Shown in pieces: positions 1 through 13,900 of a stretch of 64,000 nucleotides of DNA. The notes under the pieces were generated by a model, which had not been told where the DNA came from, did not search any database, and saw nothing but the letters and a program-made list of their open reading frames with translations. The stretch comes from Lama guanicoe. Lineage: Eukaryota. The stretch covers positions 2,143,345-2,207,344 of the forward strand of contig MU054400.1 of assembly GCA_013239625.1 (NCBI GenBank), written 5' to 3'. Positions within the stretch are counted from its first letter, which is position 1; each line of letters begins with the position of its first letter. A program made the position numbers and the translations under genes.

Positions 1-290
1 TGTCCCACTGATTTATTCAAATCACTTATTCACATTGGTGTTGACTCACAGATTTTATTTTGTTTCTCAAATTGTCCCAGCTCTGGCCACTGGAGGTATT
101 TCACATCGGTTCCTATGTCCCTCTGACGGCCCCCAAGTGCCTGTCCTTTCATTTTTTGAGTACTTCCTTATTTTCTGGCACTACCAGATGCTCCAGGCTC
201 ATCTTACATATACTCTCCTGCAGCTCTAGAAGAAGAGCCATTTTTCCAAGGAATCCTGGTTCCTTTTATTGGAGAATGGTAGAACCACTG
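1..290 (-). mobile_element. Old L1 (L1MC/L1ME-type) 3'UTR fragment
   Basis: ctcaaattgtcccagctctggcc...ccaaggaatcctggttcctttattggagaatggta resembles antisense old L1 3'UTR consensus. Confidence 0.6.
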
Positions 291-3200
291 ATCAACTTCA
301 ACATCATAACAATAACCAGACATTCTACGTCCCCTGATGCTGATATGAGAGGAAGCGTGACATACCACCCAGGAAATATTTTTGCTTCCCTCATCTCCTC
401 AAAAAAACCAAACCAAAACAAAACAAACTGAACTTGATTCAAAAGTTAATTAACATTTTACAGGAAATCTTGTAAAGATGTAACTGCAAGAGTCCCCAGT
501 AATCATGTGAACTATTATGAGGTAAAGCCATAAATGGCAACTGAGACTTGGGAGCAAAATGAAGAGCCCTAAAGCTACATAAACCCATGGCTTCAGCCAG
601 CTATGAGGCCAGCTCTTTCCTTTTCCTCCATGGCTTAGCATATGAACTAAGTAAGTGTCTCTTTTTTGCTTTTGATGAATTGAGTTTGGCTTCTGTTACC
701 TGTTACTATAGAGAGCAAACAAGTATAATAGATACAAATAAAACGCAAAGGAACAAAAATAGATTCAGGACATTGAGAGCAGTAGTATATAGGTTGAATT
801 GCTTAGGTAGCACCAGATTTTAGGTGAGATTTTTAAAAGCTAGAGAGAATTTATTTGCTTTTAAAATTTAATGATCTATTATTACTATTCTCTTCTGTTT
901 TGGTAGTGTGATAGGGTTCACTTTTTGGCATACAATATTTATTTCAATCACACATTGATGATTTATCATAATTTTAGAAATCAACAGATCCCATCTTACT
1001 TTTCAGCTAATATAATTAGGGCCTCAAATGAATAAATTATTTACACAGCCTCACATATCCACAGTAGACATGCTGAAAGCATAGTGCAATAAAAAGGAGA
1101 TAGGCTGTGCAGCCAGATGTGACCGGATTTCTTCCCTGGTTCCCTCTCTCACCCTTTTCTCTCAGTGCTTTTTATTTTTTAACCTTGATTATTATTTTTA
1201 TTGATACATAGTTGAAATACAATACTATATAAATTACAAGTGTACAATGCAGTGCCAATGCTTTTTATTTTTAACGTAAATTTTTTAACAGGTAGTAAGT
1301 ACACAGACATGATAGAAAATTCAAAAACTTACACTTGTGAAAGGCAAGCCCTTCTCCTATCCCTGTCCCAGTAACCCCTCCTTCCCCACTCTTTGGCAAC
1401 CACTGTTAACAACTTCTTGGTTACTTTTCTAGAAATGGTGTATTTAGGCATATCGACGACTTGGCCTTTCAGACGTCAAGGCACAAGATGATCACTAAAA
1501 TTTTGATGTTACTGAATGGCATTAGAAGGATTGGAGTTGGGAGGGCCTGATGAAAGTGGACTAATGAGAAGGGAGTTGCTATGAGACACTCCACCCAACA
1601 GCACAGGCGTTTAAAAAGGAGGCAACTTAAAATTTGAAACAAACAACTTTCAGGATCAAATAATGTTCATTAAAGGCATGATCAGTTGAGGTTTTTAAGA
1701 GGTATGTACAAGCACCTATTCTATTATTCACTTTCTTTGTCTAGATTTCTCTTGAGATCTTCTTGACCATTATAGGGAATGATAGGAAGGGTACTGGTGT
1801 AATAGTGTTACATCTCCTGGACATGTAAAGAAGAAAATTTAATTGCTCCCATTTTCTACTCTTGCAAGAGTCATTTTTATTCTAATTGTTTTAGGGTGAG
1901 AGAGATCACAAAGAATTGGGACTGAAGAGAAAACACTGAGAATAACACATGACCAAGATGGATGGAGAAAGAAAAGGGGGAATGATGAAATTAAGCGGAG
2001 AACATGTTTTAGCTAGCAGTCTGAGAAATACACAGACAGTTCAAATACTCATCATTACTCAGAAAAAGAAGTAAAAACTCTATCTCATTTAAATTTTATC
2101 CAGTAAAGATCTGACTTAAAAGGGGATGGGTAAGACGCAACGCACTCTGTTCTCAACAGAGGTTAGGAATTTTACAGTAACCATGAAAAAGAAATTCTCT
2201 TGGAATAAGTAACATACTAAAGATGGAAAGAATTAAGTCAATTATTGAGTATAAAATGTAACAAAAATTAGAACATTTTTAGGAGTAGAAAACATTTCAC
2301 TGTAAAGTTGAAATTAGAATTTTTTTTTTCAGACTTATTTTTGAACTCTCTGAAAAAGTTTTTCTAAATTCCTACAGAAATGGCATAACCATTGCACACT
2401 TATTCAAGTCCAGAGAAAGTAATACCTTTAATGGAAATGGAACATAACTCTGGTATACTTTAAACAAGAATCAAAGGATGATGTGAACTACATATTCTTT
2501 TGACCAATGTCTTAAAATAGTTATGTAGGAAATAAATTATAATTAGACTGCATTTACAAATGTATAAAATGTCTTAATCATTAAGATTTTTCAAAGTGAA
2601 TTTTATTACATATCAAGTTTTCTAATAATAGATGACAGAAAACAGCTTTAAAACTATAATGAGAAACAAAATAAATGTCCCACATCCATGCTTGTTTAAA
2701 TACAACTCGGATTAAATATATTAAATAGATGAGATTCTGTCAGTCTACTTTTTTTTTCAAATTAGTGAAGAAGAAAAACTAAGCATAAATAGCGTATAAA
2801 AATTATTTTTCCCTCCACTAACAGTTCCTGGTAGTCTCTTAGGAACAGGGGTGTACAATTTGCATCTGCTTTCTCATTTGCATAAAACTCCTCCAAATAA
2901 GGTAAGGAGAAAAAAATTGAAATCAGTCAAAAAGTACATGTCTTACACTTTCAAACATAAAATTAATACTCAGCCTATAATTGTAGCCATAAATTTTAAT
3001 CTAAGAAATGGCGACAGTGGTTTGTAAATAACTTCAGAAGAATTTCTACCAACTATTTTAACAACAAATCAATTTTGTGCTTGTGTGCACAGTTGAAGAC
3101 TGTATTATTAATACAGTCACAGAGTTATTTAGATGTGGTTTTCTTAGACACGGATTTCACTTCCCTGACCTGTCAAGCAAACACCTAAAACAACAACAAC

Positions 3201-3933
3201 AAAAAACTGTCGAAACCATATATGTACTCTAAATTGAAATCAAGGAACATCTGACTATTTAAAAAAAAATTACTGGAATTACTAAAAAGAATACATACGT
3301 AACAGAAGAGCAATGAAACTTTCAAATTACCACCTAAAGAAGTCAAAAGAATTCTCACAATTTATTAGTACCTTTCTCAATATTAGAAGATATTTTATAG
3401 CAGTATCTCCCAATTCTAAAAGGTTTAGAGGTTATGTTAGTCTTAAAAAAAAAAAAAAGTAACCAAAACACTAGGAAATTATGTGTAGGCTGTACTACCC
3501 TCTAATGGTGAATGGTCAGAGAAGTACATGATCAGGCTAACCTTATCCACAGGTATAAACTACAGAATCACAGCTTACCTCACAATTTCCCTAATTCCAA
3601 AATATCTTGAGACATGGTTTCATGATGTTTTTAATAAAGATTAGAATGTTACACCACTTCTTCCTAAAATTTTAAGCTTATATGTGGGAACCTTTAAACA
3701 CACACAAATTAGGATGCTGGTGTCAAATGATATTATACTTCATACAAATAACATTTTTACTCTATTATAATATACTTTATATCCTGCCAAAAACATGACT
3801 GTGTTCATTCATGAGAAACCTATGTTGTCCTCTAAATGGTTATGTCTCAAAAAACTCATTTCTAAACTCTAAAGTATTACTCTTACAATCATCAAGTGTT
3901 TCCTAGAATAAAGATGGTTATAATAACACTTAC

Positions 3934-3956
3934 CTCAGTCTTTTTACTATTGTGAT
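3934..3956 (-). CDS. GKAP1: GKAP1 coding micro-exon (23 nt; (D)HNSKKTE). The gene continues beyond the left window edge.
   Basis: Minus strand reads ctgacc branch-like motif, ttttttttctccatttacag|ATCACAATAGTAAAAAGACTGAG|gtaagt. It completes the phase-1 codon of the previous exon and resembles recalled GKAP1 DHISKKTE. Confidence 0.9.
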
Positions 3957-5467
3957 CTGTAAATGGAGAAAAAAATGGTCAGACTTTACTGAAAGATATT
4001 AACATATAATAATATTTCAATATATAAAATATTTAAACAAAGTAACTGAAAAGAATTTCAAAATTATAATAAGAGTTATAGAAGTCATTTGGGGGTTGTC
4101 CAGGACTCACGTCAGATTTACGTTTCTAGGGATAAGATGTTAAAATTTACCACATAATTATTAGTTTGCTCAGTGTAAGGACTTATATCTAAGCATATGC
4201 CATCCACACCAAAGGGTATTACTAAATTTTAAACATTTGAATTCCATATATTTTAGGTTTGTAGTTTCACAGAACTGGGGGAGGAAGAACTTGAAGGGAG
4301 ACAAGTATGTCTAAAATCAAATCACTGAGTACTGTTACTACGAAAGCTGACAGATCACTGCCCTTGTGGAGTAAAATAAAAGGCAGAATAGTAATTTGTG
4401 TCCTTTAAAACTATTAACTAGTTTTTCTTTTTAATATTAAAAATATGTATCATAGTCACTTGATAATACTATGAAAAAAATTCTAAAAATTGATATATAT
4501 ATTTGTAAATGAATACAAAAAACCAGCATAACTATATCTAGATTTAACAAATCACTGACTTAGTAACAATACAGTATTTCTGGAAAGTGATCATAAAATG
4601 AGAAAAGGAAGACATAGGGAATCCACACAGATATAAAGTTCAAACTATTGTAAAATAGGTAACAAGTGTTCTTATTTAAATTGGAGATGATCAAGATAGC
4701 TAATATTTAACAATGCATCTTGCACACAGCAGAAATTTTCCATTTCCAAGGACTAAAAATAATTTAACTGAATAGTTTCTTACAAGAAATGTACTTGAGA
4801 ACCTAAAAGCTGGTCTGGTTCCCTAAAACATCTATTGTTCAGAATTGAGTCCATATGCAGCAAAGTAAATGTCAAAATCACAAGTTTCAGATCAAACTAC
4901 CAAGTCCTCGAGGGCTACACAGTCATTCTAGCATGTCCTACCTGGAGTACCACATGATGCCAGAAACTAGAGGAAGAATCATGCTGTGTTAATCACGTTT
5001 TAAAACAGTTGTGCAGCTTCTCCTTAACAGTGTCATACTAATGTCTTTCTCTATGCATCTAATAAATTTACATAGTATTTAAACATATGAAGAATGTATT
5101 AAGGAGTTTTAAAAAGCATTATTTTCATGTCTCTGCCTAGTTTTTGATGATATTCTTATATAAAATGTTTCTTATTAAAATTGGAAATTTTAACCCCAAA
5201 ACAAAGCAACTTAATCTACAGAGACAGGCTATAGGAAAAACCTTCCTGATCCTTAAATGAAAGCAATACAATCCTCCAAATTTATTCCTAACTTCACAGA
5301 CAGGCTTGTTTTGGGTTTTTTCTGCCATTATTGATGTGGTATTATTAATCCTTATGGAACAAATGCCCAATGTATTAAGGTTAAATTTGTAAGAGTCAAA
5401 TAGACTTCTCTGGCAATGAACAAACAGCTTTTCATTGTTATGCAGTTGTTATGACTGGTATAAGCAC

Positions 5468-5670
5468 AGAACTCTTCATTAAAAATTTCTGTGATGACAG
5501 TAATGTTCTGTACTTGTGCTGTTTAACACAGAAGCTACTAGTTACATGTGACTACTAAGTACTTGAAATGTGGCTAGTGCAACTAAGAAGTTTTTTATTT
5601 TAGTTCATTTTAATTAACTTAAATTTAAGTTACCACACATGAATAGTAGTCACCATAATATATGGCACAG
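5468..5670. mobile_element. MER3-like hAT-Charlie MITE
   Basis: ttctgtgatgacagtaatgttctgt...agtacttgaaatgtggctagtgcaactaagaa is the typical MER3 body. Confidence 0.7.
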
Positions 5671-6255
5671 ACTTAAGGTTTTCACCACTTCCCACATCAA
5701 AAATAGTGTGTTTTGTGGTCTGTCTTCAAAAGTTTGGTGGATGGTATAATTTCCTTCTATCTTCTCTGTTCGATAAAAACAATACAAAGGATATTATAAA
5801 TTTCTAGTAGTAAGTCTCATTCTAAAATTTACATCTTAGTTTTCTATGATACAGTTCCAGATAACTTGAAGAGGTTAACCTATAATGGATGAAATCTGAA
5901 AATACTCCTGGTCAAGTGTAAGCCAAACCACTTTATGTATAAAAACAGTAATATTGTTCAAGATGACTCAAAAACTACAAATGTCAATTTTTATTTTCAG
6001 TGAGTTCTAGAAAAGGGACAAATCCAGAAATATAAAAAGATAAATTCTTTCTGAAGTTCATGAGGTTTTAATGACTGATTTAAATTATTTTAACCCCCAG
6101 TTTCTTTCCAAACAGGTTTACATTTTTTACAGTCTAAGAAACAAATTAATAAAACAATCTTTATGTACTTTAAATATTAGAAATGTACTTATAACTTACA
6201 CATACAAAGACTTAGAACAGTTTCTCTAGCGTAACAGATTTTGTACATATATTAC

Positions 6256-6379
6256 CTTCAGATTGAAACTCTTTTAGTGATACTGTAAGAGGTTTGTCTT
6301 TTCCCTGATGGGTCTTTCTTTTATCTTTCTTATTTATAACCTTTGACTGAGTTGAAGTATTTTCAGCATTTTCATATTC
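6256..6379 (-). CDS. GKAP1: GKAP1 coding exon (124 nt; [41 protein letters not shown]+G)
   Basis: ttcttttttag acceptor and GAAG|gtaata donor; translation matches recalled GKAP1. Confidence 0.95.
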
Positions 6380-6649
6380 CTAAAAAAGAATTAATTAACA
6401 ATAATTAAGCTTGGTTTATACTAGTAAAATCAACTCACCAATAGGTAATATGTTTCTTAAAGTTTTATTTTTTAAAGATAAACGGCAAATAAAAAATCAT
6501 AAAGGTTAGCCAAACTGTATAAAAAGATATCTGTTTATTTACATACTCAATCTCTTGCCTCTTAAACATTAAAATAAAAATAAAAAGGTATACCTTGGTC
6601 TACAACTTCTAGTTGCCATTCTCTTCATTTCAGGACAAAAATTAAGATA

Positions 6650-8222
6650 ATTATTGACAGTCAATTTCCATTCTCACTCACACTGAAATCTGGCTTCTAC
6701 TGTTCTGATACTAAAATTAAAGTCAATCTCCTCTTCAACACCAAATCCGAAGACATTATTTTTTTCAAGCATCTCTTGATTTTCTCAACATACTTCTGAT
6801 ACTATTCTTAAATCTCCTTCACTGGCTTCTCTTTTCTCAACTCTGTTCTTAAAAATGCATCTGCTGTTCACCATTATTCCATTCTTAACCTATTCCTACG
6901 CTTTACACCTATTGTTTCTCAAATTCAAAGTTTAAAGTTCTACCTGATGACTTCTGTATGTACAGACAACTCAACTGGAATGTTCAATAAGCATCTCCAA
7001 ACTAAATATGTTTACCCTTCCTTCCCTACTTGATCCTCTCTAAATCTTGTTTAATGCCACTATCATCGACACAATTCTCTAGGCTAGAAACCTCATTCAT
7101 CCTTATCTATTCCTCCTATACACTTTATATGCAAATTAGCGACTAAATCTTGTTGAGTTTATCTCCTAAAGATATCATAAATCTATTCTTTTTCCTTCAC
7201 ACTTTCCGTCATTTCTCCTACCCTCTTTTGCTTGACACTGCAACACCTTCTAATTTTAGCCCCTCCATCTATCTTCTACACTGTTACAGCATGAGTCTCT
7301 AAAATGAAAACCTGAAATCAATCTCAAAGTTAAAAATATTCAATAGTTCTCTGCCAACAAATGTCTAAAATTCAATCTCCTCAGCCTGGTACACAAGGTT
7401 CTCTATATCTTATCCTTGTGGCAGTATCTTCAGCAACTCTAGGTCTTGAAATTATAGTTCTTCAAATATGCTATGTTCTTTCACATGTGCATATCTTGTA
7501 CACTTGCCACTTCTTCTCTGAGAATGCCTACTTTCTCTTGTCTACCACTGAACTTCTAATACATCTAATGACTCCTCTTTACGAATCTTTTACCAAGATA
7601 TCCTGGACTTGTGACAATATGGATAGACCTTGAGCACATTACACTAAGTGAGATAAATAAGACAGAGAAAGACAACTACTATATGGTATCACTTACATGT
7701 GGAATCCTAAGAAAAAAGTCAAATCTATTAAAAAAACGGAGAGCAAAATGGTGGTTACCAGGGGATGGGAGTGGGAGGATAAGACTGATGGTGTTTAAGG
7801 ATACAAACTTGTAATGAGCAGTAAATAAGCCACAGAGATCCAATGTTCAGTATAATGAATACATTCAATAATATTATACTATAATGATGTAATGTGATAA
7901 ATACTGCTTTACTGGCACTCATAATACATACATGTAACAAAGTAACACACTGTGTACCTTTAATTTATAAATACAACATGTCAAATTTATCAAATGAAAA
8001 AAAAATTTTTTCCTAAAACCCACCCCCATCAAAGGCACAGAAAATTATTCTATCTTCCTGAATTCCCACTGCACTGAGAAAAGACATGTCTCAATACTAC
8101 ACACTACAATTATATGTGTGTCTACCTTCACTAAACTGAACGGCTTGGACGATGTCTTTATCCTTGTATTGTGTGCCTAGCAAAGTTTGGCTATTCAAAA
8201 AAATACCTGGTAAATGAGTGAC
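6650..8222 (+). mobile_element. Degraded L2 LINE 3' part, interrupted by an L1 fragment
   Basis: Pyrimidine-rich L2-like motifs (catctccaaactaaatatgt, ctaggctagaaacct, aaatcttgttgagtttatctcc) ending in gtgcctagca...aaatgagtga. Confidence 0.6.
7605..8005 (+). mobile_element. L1 3' end (L1MA-type) with A-tail
   Basis: atggatagaccttgagcacattacactaagtgagataa...tcacttacatgtggaatc; ORF 7611..7814 resembles the L1 terminal pseudo-peptide (WIDLEHITLSEI). Confidence 0.85.
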
Positions 8223-9580
8223 AGAATAGAAAATGCCACCCCAAATTTTAATTATTATAGAAACCCTTTGGCTAAAATAAGCATCATTTCTTTACAGGAA
8301 TACTGACTTAAAACTCAATGGCTACATCAGTGCAATCACATCAAATTAGCATCGTATAAAAAGGAGTTCCTTTATTCTCTGGGTCGTTATAGTCTAAAAA
8401 AACCAATGAGTACCAGGACTATGACTGTGCCAAGAAAACTGGCTGACAGCATAATATTTTACCAACACCATCAACTTTACACCTTCTCTATAGGTACAGC
8501 TAATCCCTGTAGCTTTAGAATATTACGAGATGTATGTCTAGATTCTATTTGATAAATTTTATCTCCAATCGAGCAAGCTAGGAGTGTTTTTCCAGTGTAA
8601 CCTGAAAGTCCATCTAAATGATTAAATTACAGTAAAGCTAGCTATACCCACTTTTGTAATTGCCATCTCTGTGTCTAAATGAACAATAGTAAGGATTATG
8701 TTATTAATTATTCATGATAACAGGAATATGGACACAGGAAATGAAACCAACATACATAGTGTACCAAATCCACTCTAACGACAACTTTTATCCTCTTCTC
8801 TTGAGGTATAAATAAATAGCAAAATTATCTGCTGTAAATTTTAATTCCTCTCTTTCTTTCATCTTGAGTGAAGGAGCTAGTAGTGTACAATGACATAGTC
8901 TAAAGCCCTTAAGTATGACCAGAGGCCAATTATGATGAACCACTGAGTAATCACAAGTTGAATAAATTTTATGGACCAAAAAAAATTCCCAATATATGTA
9001 AAGGACCAAAATATTAAATAATACAGAAACAACATAAATGTTCGATTTAAATATAGAAACTAGAAACCAACACTACTTTTTGCTTAAGTTCCTACAGTTA
9101 CAACTTGTAGAATACACTTCACCATATAGCCTAATATCACAGGTTAGTGACAAAAGTGGAGTTCATGAGGCCAAGTTATCAGAAATGACCTCCCATTTAC
9201 TTTAGCTAATTTGTAGTGTTATTTCTACCAGAGGGTCTCTTAATAGATGCCCCTGGATTCACAACTACTTAAAAAATTTAAATTTAATTGTTTTCTATGT
9301 TCATTTAAAATACTGAAATAAATCATCTGCTATTAACTTCCCTTCTTTTCTTCCCTTCGTCTTGGCTGGAGAGATTTCTTAACATTCCAAACCAGCACAC
9401 AAAGCTTAGTCCACGTGTTTCTGTTGTCTCTCTAAACTTGAAGAGAAATCTTATAAAAACTTAATGATAATACTTTGTTGCAATAGTGAATTTTTAAGAC
9501 AAACTTTAAAGGAGAACTTTCACACAAAATTCAGAGAAAGGTTGATCCTAACCTTTGACCACTAAAACCTAAAATATTTA

Positions 9581-9679
<99 letters not shown>

Positions 9680-10514
9680 CTAAAAATTAAAAGAAAGTTT
9701 CACAATAAACATATGATAACATTATAATATACCAGCAAAATAACCATAAGAAACAAACAGGAAAAGAAAAACAAATACTTTAAAAACACAATCTGGGTTC
9801 TCCAAAGTTATCTACTCATGCCAAAGGAGAGAACTCTGAGATTTTTATTGCCTCCTTTTCAACTTATCTGTGGTATATCACATAATCTTTTCACTTTAAT
9901 TTAAAAAAATCTTACCAAAAAATGGACACTGTAATAGATGTCAAAGACGGTACCCAGTTTAGGACATAGAAAATGTAACAGTGATTATTACTAAAAATAT
10001 AAGAATACTGAAAACTCAGTAAATATTATAAAACACACCATTTTCTTAATACAGACTAATCCACAGGTACAGAACCTTCAAACAACTGTGACCAATTGTC
10101 CTGGTATATGCCTGGTGTTACAGAATAATTCCAGTACATCATTTTACTGCTATCCTTTTATTCCTTTTATATGGCAGCCCTATCTTTAAAGTCATGTAAC
10201 TCTAGAATGATTCTTTGTAATCTATGTCTTTTGATTCCTCTTTCTCATCAGTCAATCTCACCTTAACTTCTTACAATCTAGTTTCCACCACCCTCCAGTA
10301 AAATTACTCTCCAAGAACTACTTTTCCTAATTGCCAAAAAGAATTGCTGCAGTAGTTGAATAGGACTCTGGGTTGTCCACCTTTGGGGATAAGTTATGCC
10401 TGCAGCTGAATACAGGACAGATACAACACGACAGGAGTAAACATCCTGGATTCATTTACATATACATGTCTACCCATGCATACTGTATAATGAAAGCATA
10501 AATTTAATGGACAT

Positions 10515-10940
10515 CGCTTGTTTTTGTCTGTCCACAATCCCTTCCTTTATTCCCCTGAATAACTACACTTCATTCCAGTGTCCTACAATTCTAGCAGGAC
10601 AGCCAGTCACCTAACCCTGTATACCACCTGCTACCACACCCACACAAACATCCCAGCTGCCATCACCAAAGACGACAGGGTGGGAGCAAAGGATCCAACT
10701 GTTTTTTGTTCTTCTAGGAATTAAAGTTTGAGAACAAACACAAAGCAAGTGGGGTCCAATCACCTGTGAGTGTAATAGTTCTAGTACTAGTTAATGCCTC
10801 TGAGCACCCTAGAATTCCTTAGTTTCCACTTTTCCCAAGGCCTACTTATTTAGCATTTAATTAAAATCTGTGAATCACAGTATCCTTTTGGCAAATTATT
10901 TTTTGACCAAGTTACTCAGAATTGTTTCTGTTGTTTAAAT
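10515..10940 (+). mobile_element. Old MaLR LTR (MLT1K/L-like)
   Basis: Ends in ctgtgaatcacagtatcctt...aattgtttctgttgtt, typical of MLT1 3' ends. Confidence 0.45.
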
Positions 10941-11224
10941 ATTTTTTAAAAAGCTAAACTAAAACAGAAACCAGCTCCAAAAAGGAGTGATCTGTTTCAA
11001 AAGGATATGCTGAAAATTAGAAAAATATTAATGAACAGGACACTATGAACTAATAAACCTTGGTCCTTAATAGATAGACATAATTTGGATAGGTAGAAAA
11101 AGGAATGGAAGAATTTCAGGAGGAAAAAGCCATGTGAACAAAGGTATGATATTAAGAATAGATATATTATGGGATACCTGATAAACGATGAATTCTATAC
11201 AATAAAAGAGAGATGTGGGGAAAA

Positions 11225-11430
11225 CAGGCTTTGGGAGATCACACAGGTGGATAATTTAAATCCCTATTCCACCCATGCTAGTTGTGACGTTGGGCAAGTT
11301 ATGTAACTTCTGTGAATCTCAGTTTCTTCATACGTTAAAAAAGAAATAGAAACATCAACCTTGCAGGGTAGTTTTGAAGATTTAAAGCTATAATATGTGT
11401 AAAGTACCTAGCATACTGCCTATCTGGCTC
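11225..11430 (+). mobile_element. MIR SINE
   Basis: Core tgtgacgttgggcaagttatgtaacttctgtgaatctcagtttcttcat. Confidence 0.8.
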
Positions 11431-12559
11431 AAGAGTTACACAGAGTAAATTAGAATTCTCCTCCTCTATGTTGGAAAATAGTAGAAAATAAGATTGCTTA
11501 GGTAGGGTAGAATTAGATTCCAGACACTCCCTAAAAATTAGGGATTCAGGTCAGATGAAAGAGGAACACTGATAAAAGTAATTTTAAAGCAATAAACTGG
11601 CATAACAGAAGAATGGGAACTAAGAACTGATATGTCTGGCTAAACCACTGTAGTCTCAGCATATAGGAACCTGGACCAGAACATAGCAGTGCAGAAAACA
11701 AAAGAAGGCTACATCTTAGCAAAGAATGACCAAATTTTAAAGGAACACTGATTAAATATGAAGAATAAATCAAAGATAAGATTTATGACTCCAGATAACA
11801 GGGAGAATGGTAGCACAAGATTACAATATCAAGAAAGAGAAAGAAAACGTGATTCCAAATTCCCTAAACATGTCTTAATTACAGAATTAGTTCATCATAA
11901 GACTGCTGTAAATATAGCTGTCAATTTAATTAACCACTACATGTAAGGCAGAACTGTGGTGGGGGGAGAGTCTGGGCCTAAGACAGGCACCGGACAAGAA
12001 AATGCAAATAAAATCTTGATTTTTAAAAAGTACCTTATATTTAAGTTGCAAATTGAGAATTCCTCATTATTTTCTTTGTACTTGTAGGAGGAGGAGGAAA
12101 GGAAGAAAAAGAGGAAAGAGTAGGCACTAAACGGCCTACAGGACTGGAGAAGATACTTACATGTGCCCAAGATGGAGTACTTCAGATCCCCTTCCTCTTG
12201 GCTTCCTTCATTGCCTCCTACTCCCCATCTAGTAGTAAAACATTTTTTTTTCTATTTAAACAAACCTATAGCTCAAGGGTTTATGACCACTTAAAGAGTA
12301 TGAAGAACCAATGGAAAATGAAAAGTAAATATTTCGGAACTAGATTTTTAAAAAATTTTAAGTCAAAGTACCATAAAAGTTTAACCCATTTTAAATCCAA
12401 GCAAATCAAACTACAAATGAAGAGCTGATCTTCATTTCTCATAGGCACCATGGGAACAGATTAATTATGAAACAACACAGAATATCATTCTGAAGACATC
12501 TAACACCTGCACCCAAGTGTTCAGTTACAGTAGCCGTAGCAGCTTCTGCTCCTCTAACT

Positions 12560-13810
12560 CAGTGATTTTCAAAGTGTGGACCACACACTTTTCACCAATT
12601 TGGAAAGAAAAATTATTTTCCCAGAAATCTTCTAATAGTTTTATTGAACATTATGATTTTAAAGGCTGTCAATATTCTACAAAAACTATATCTATGTGCT
12701 TACACAATGATTAAGTTCAGTTCCACTCAGCTAATGCATCTTCGTGTCTTTTGAGTGTTGGTTACCTTTATTTCAGTCTGCATTTTTTCTTTGCTTTATT
12801 ATATCTCAAAGTAATAAAAATGGTTCAAGGATTTACTGAAGGAAAGCAGTAATGAAAACAGTAAATAATGCAACTTATAAAAATACCATAAATTTAAAGA
12901 TGAACAGGACTCTAACATAGTGAATACAGAATATAAAGCTGTATGTGTCAGGACAAGAGTGATATCACATAAGCAGCTGAAAAGGAAAATTATAAATAGA
13001 AAACGAAAATAGTGAATATTTGAAATTTTGATTTATTGAGTCATCAATCTATTCCCAGCTTCCTGCTATGAAACATGGTCAGACCAGTGGCCAAAAGACA
13101 TTTATAGTTTTTGTTTCACTTTCAAAGCACAATGACCTGCATGAATCTTTCCAAGACAACTACCAAGTAATGCTTTTCAGAACAAAAAGTGATGAATTTT
13201 ATTGTTAAAGAAAGAGCCAAAAAACACAAAGGAATTATTTGAACTTGCACTCCTCATAGGGAAACCAGGTGCAAGTCAAACTATCACCAAGAGACTTACT
13301 ATCCCAGCCACAAGGTTAATGAGAAATACCATGCTCACACACACACACACACACACACAAAAACAGAACAAGTTATTAGCAAAATGCCTTTCTCAGATGG
13401 ACTGGAGGATGCAATGTGAAATACCAATTACTGTCATGTACGTGCTAGAAAAGATTTCACTTCAGAACTGGACAAAACCAGTGATGTGTGGCATTTGATT
13501 CAATACAACAAGAGGAAGAAATACACAATGAAATTTGATCAATATATCACTGAAAATCTGAGAAGAGATTTTTCTATTCATTCATTATTTTTGAGCCATG
13601 ATGTAAAATTTTAAAAGGTACACTGTAGTCAGTAATATTAATGCACTATCATGAATAAAAGAGGTTATATCTGAACAACATCTACAGAGATTTAGTCCCA
13701 GGCAAGAGGTGTTGGTGAACAATATATCTCTTGATCTTGATTCAATGTTAAAAGAAATGGTAAAAAAAAAATTCTGAGTACAATCAAATCAAAGTCATGG
13801 CCTATTCATC
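12560..13810 (+). mobile_element. hAT-Charlie DNA transposon fossil (left TIR plus degraded transposase N-terminal half)
   Basis: Starts CAGTGATTTTCAAAGTGTGGACC (Charlie-type TIR). Relic peptides EYLKF*FIE, FELALLIGKPGASQTITKRLTIPATRLM and LDLDSMLKEMVK appear in the order seen in Charlie/Buster (ZBED5/FAM200-like) transposases. Confidence 0.75.
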
Positions 13811-13900
13811 TTTTTTTTAATAGCTTTACTGAGATATAATTTACATATTTAAATATCACATATCACATAAAAATCACCCATCTCAAGTGTGAAATGTACA
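13810..13900 (-). mobile_element. Short L1 (L1MB-like) 3' terminus
   Basis: tttttttaatagctttactgagatataatttacata. Confidence 0.7.

Noticed and set aside
1..3900. Next GKAP1 coding exon (expected ELSSSQTLSHDGGFF...)
   Set aside because: Not found in this interval; presumed to lie beyond the left edge rather than lost.
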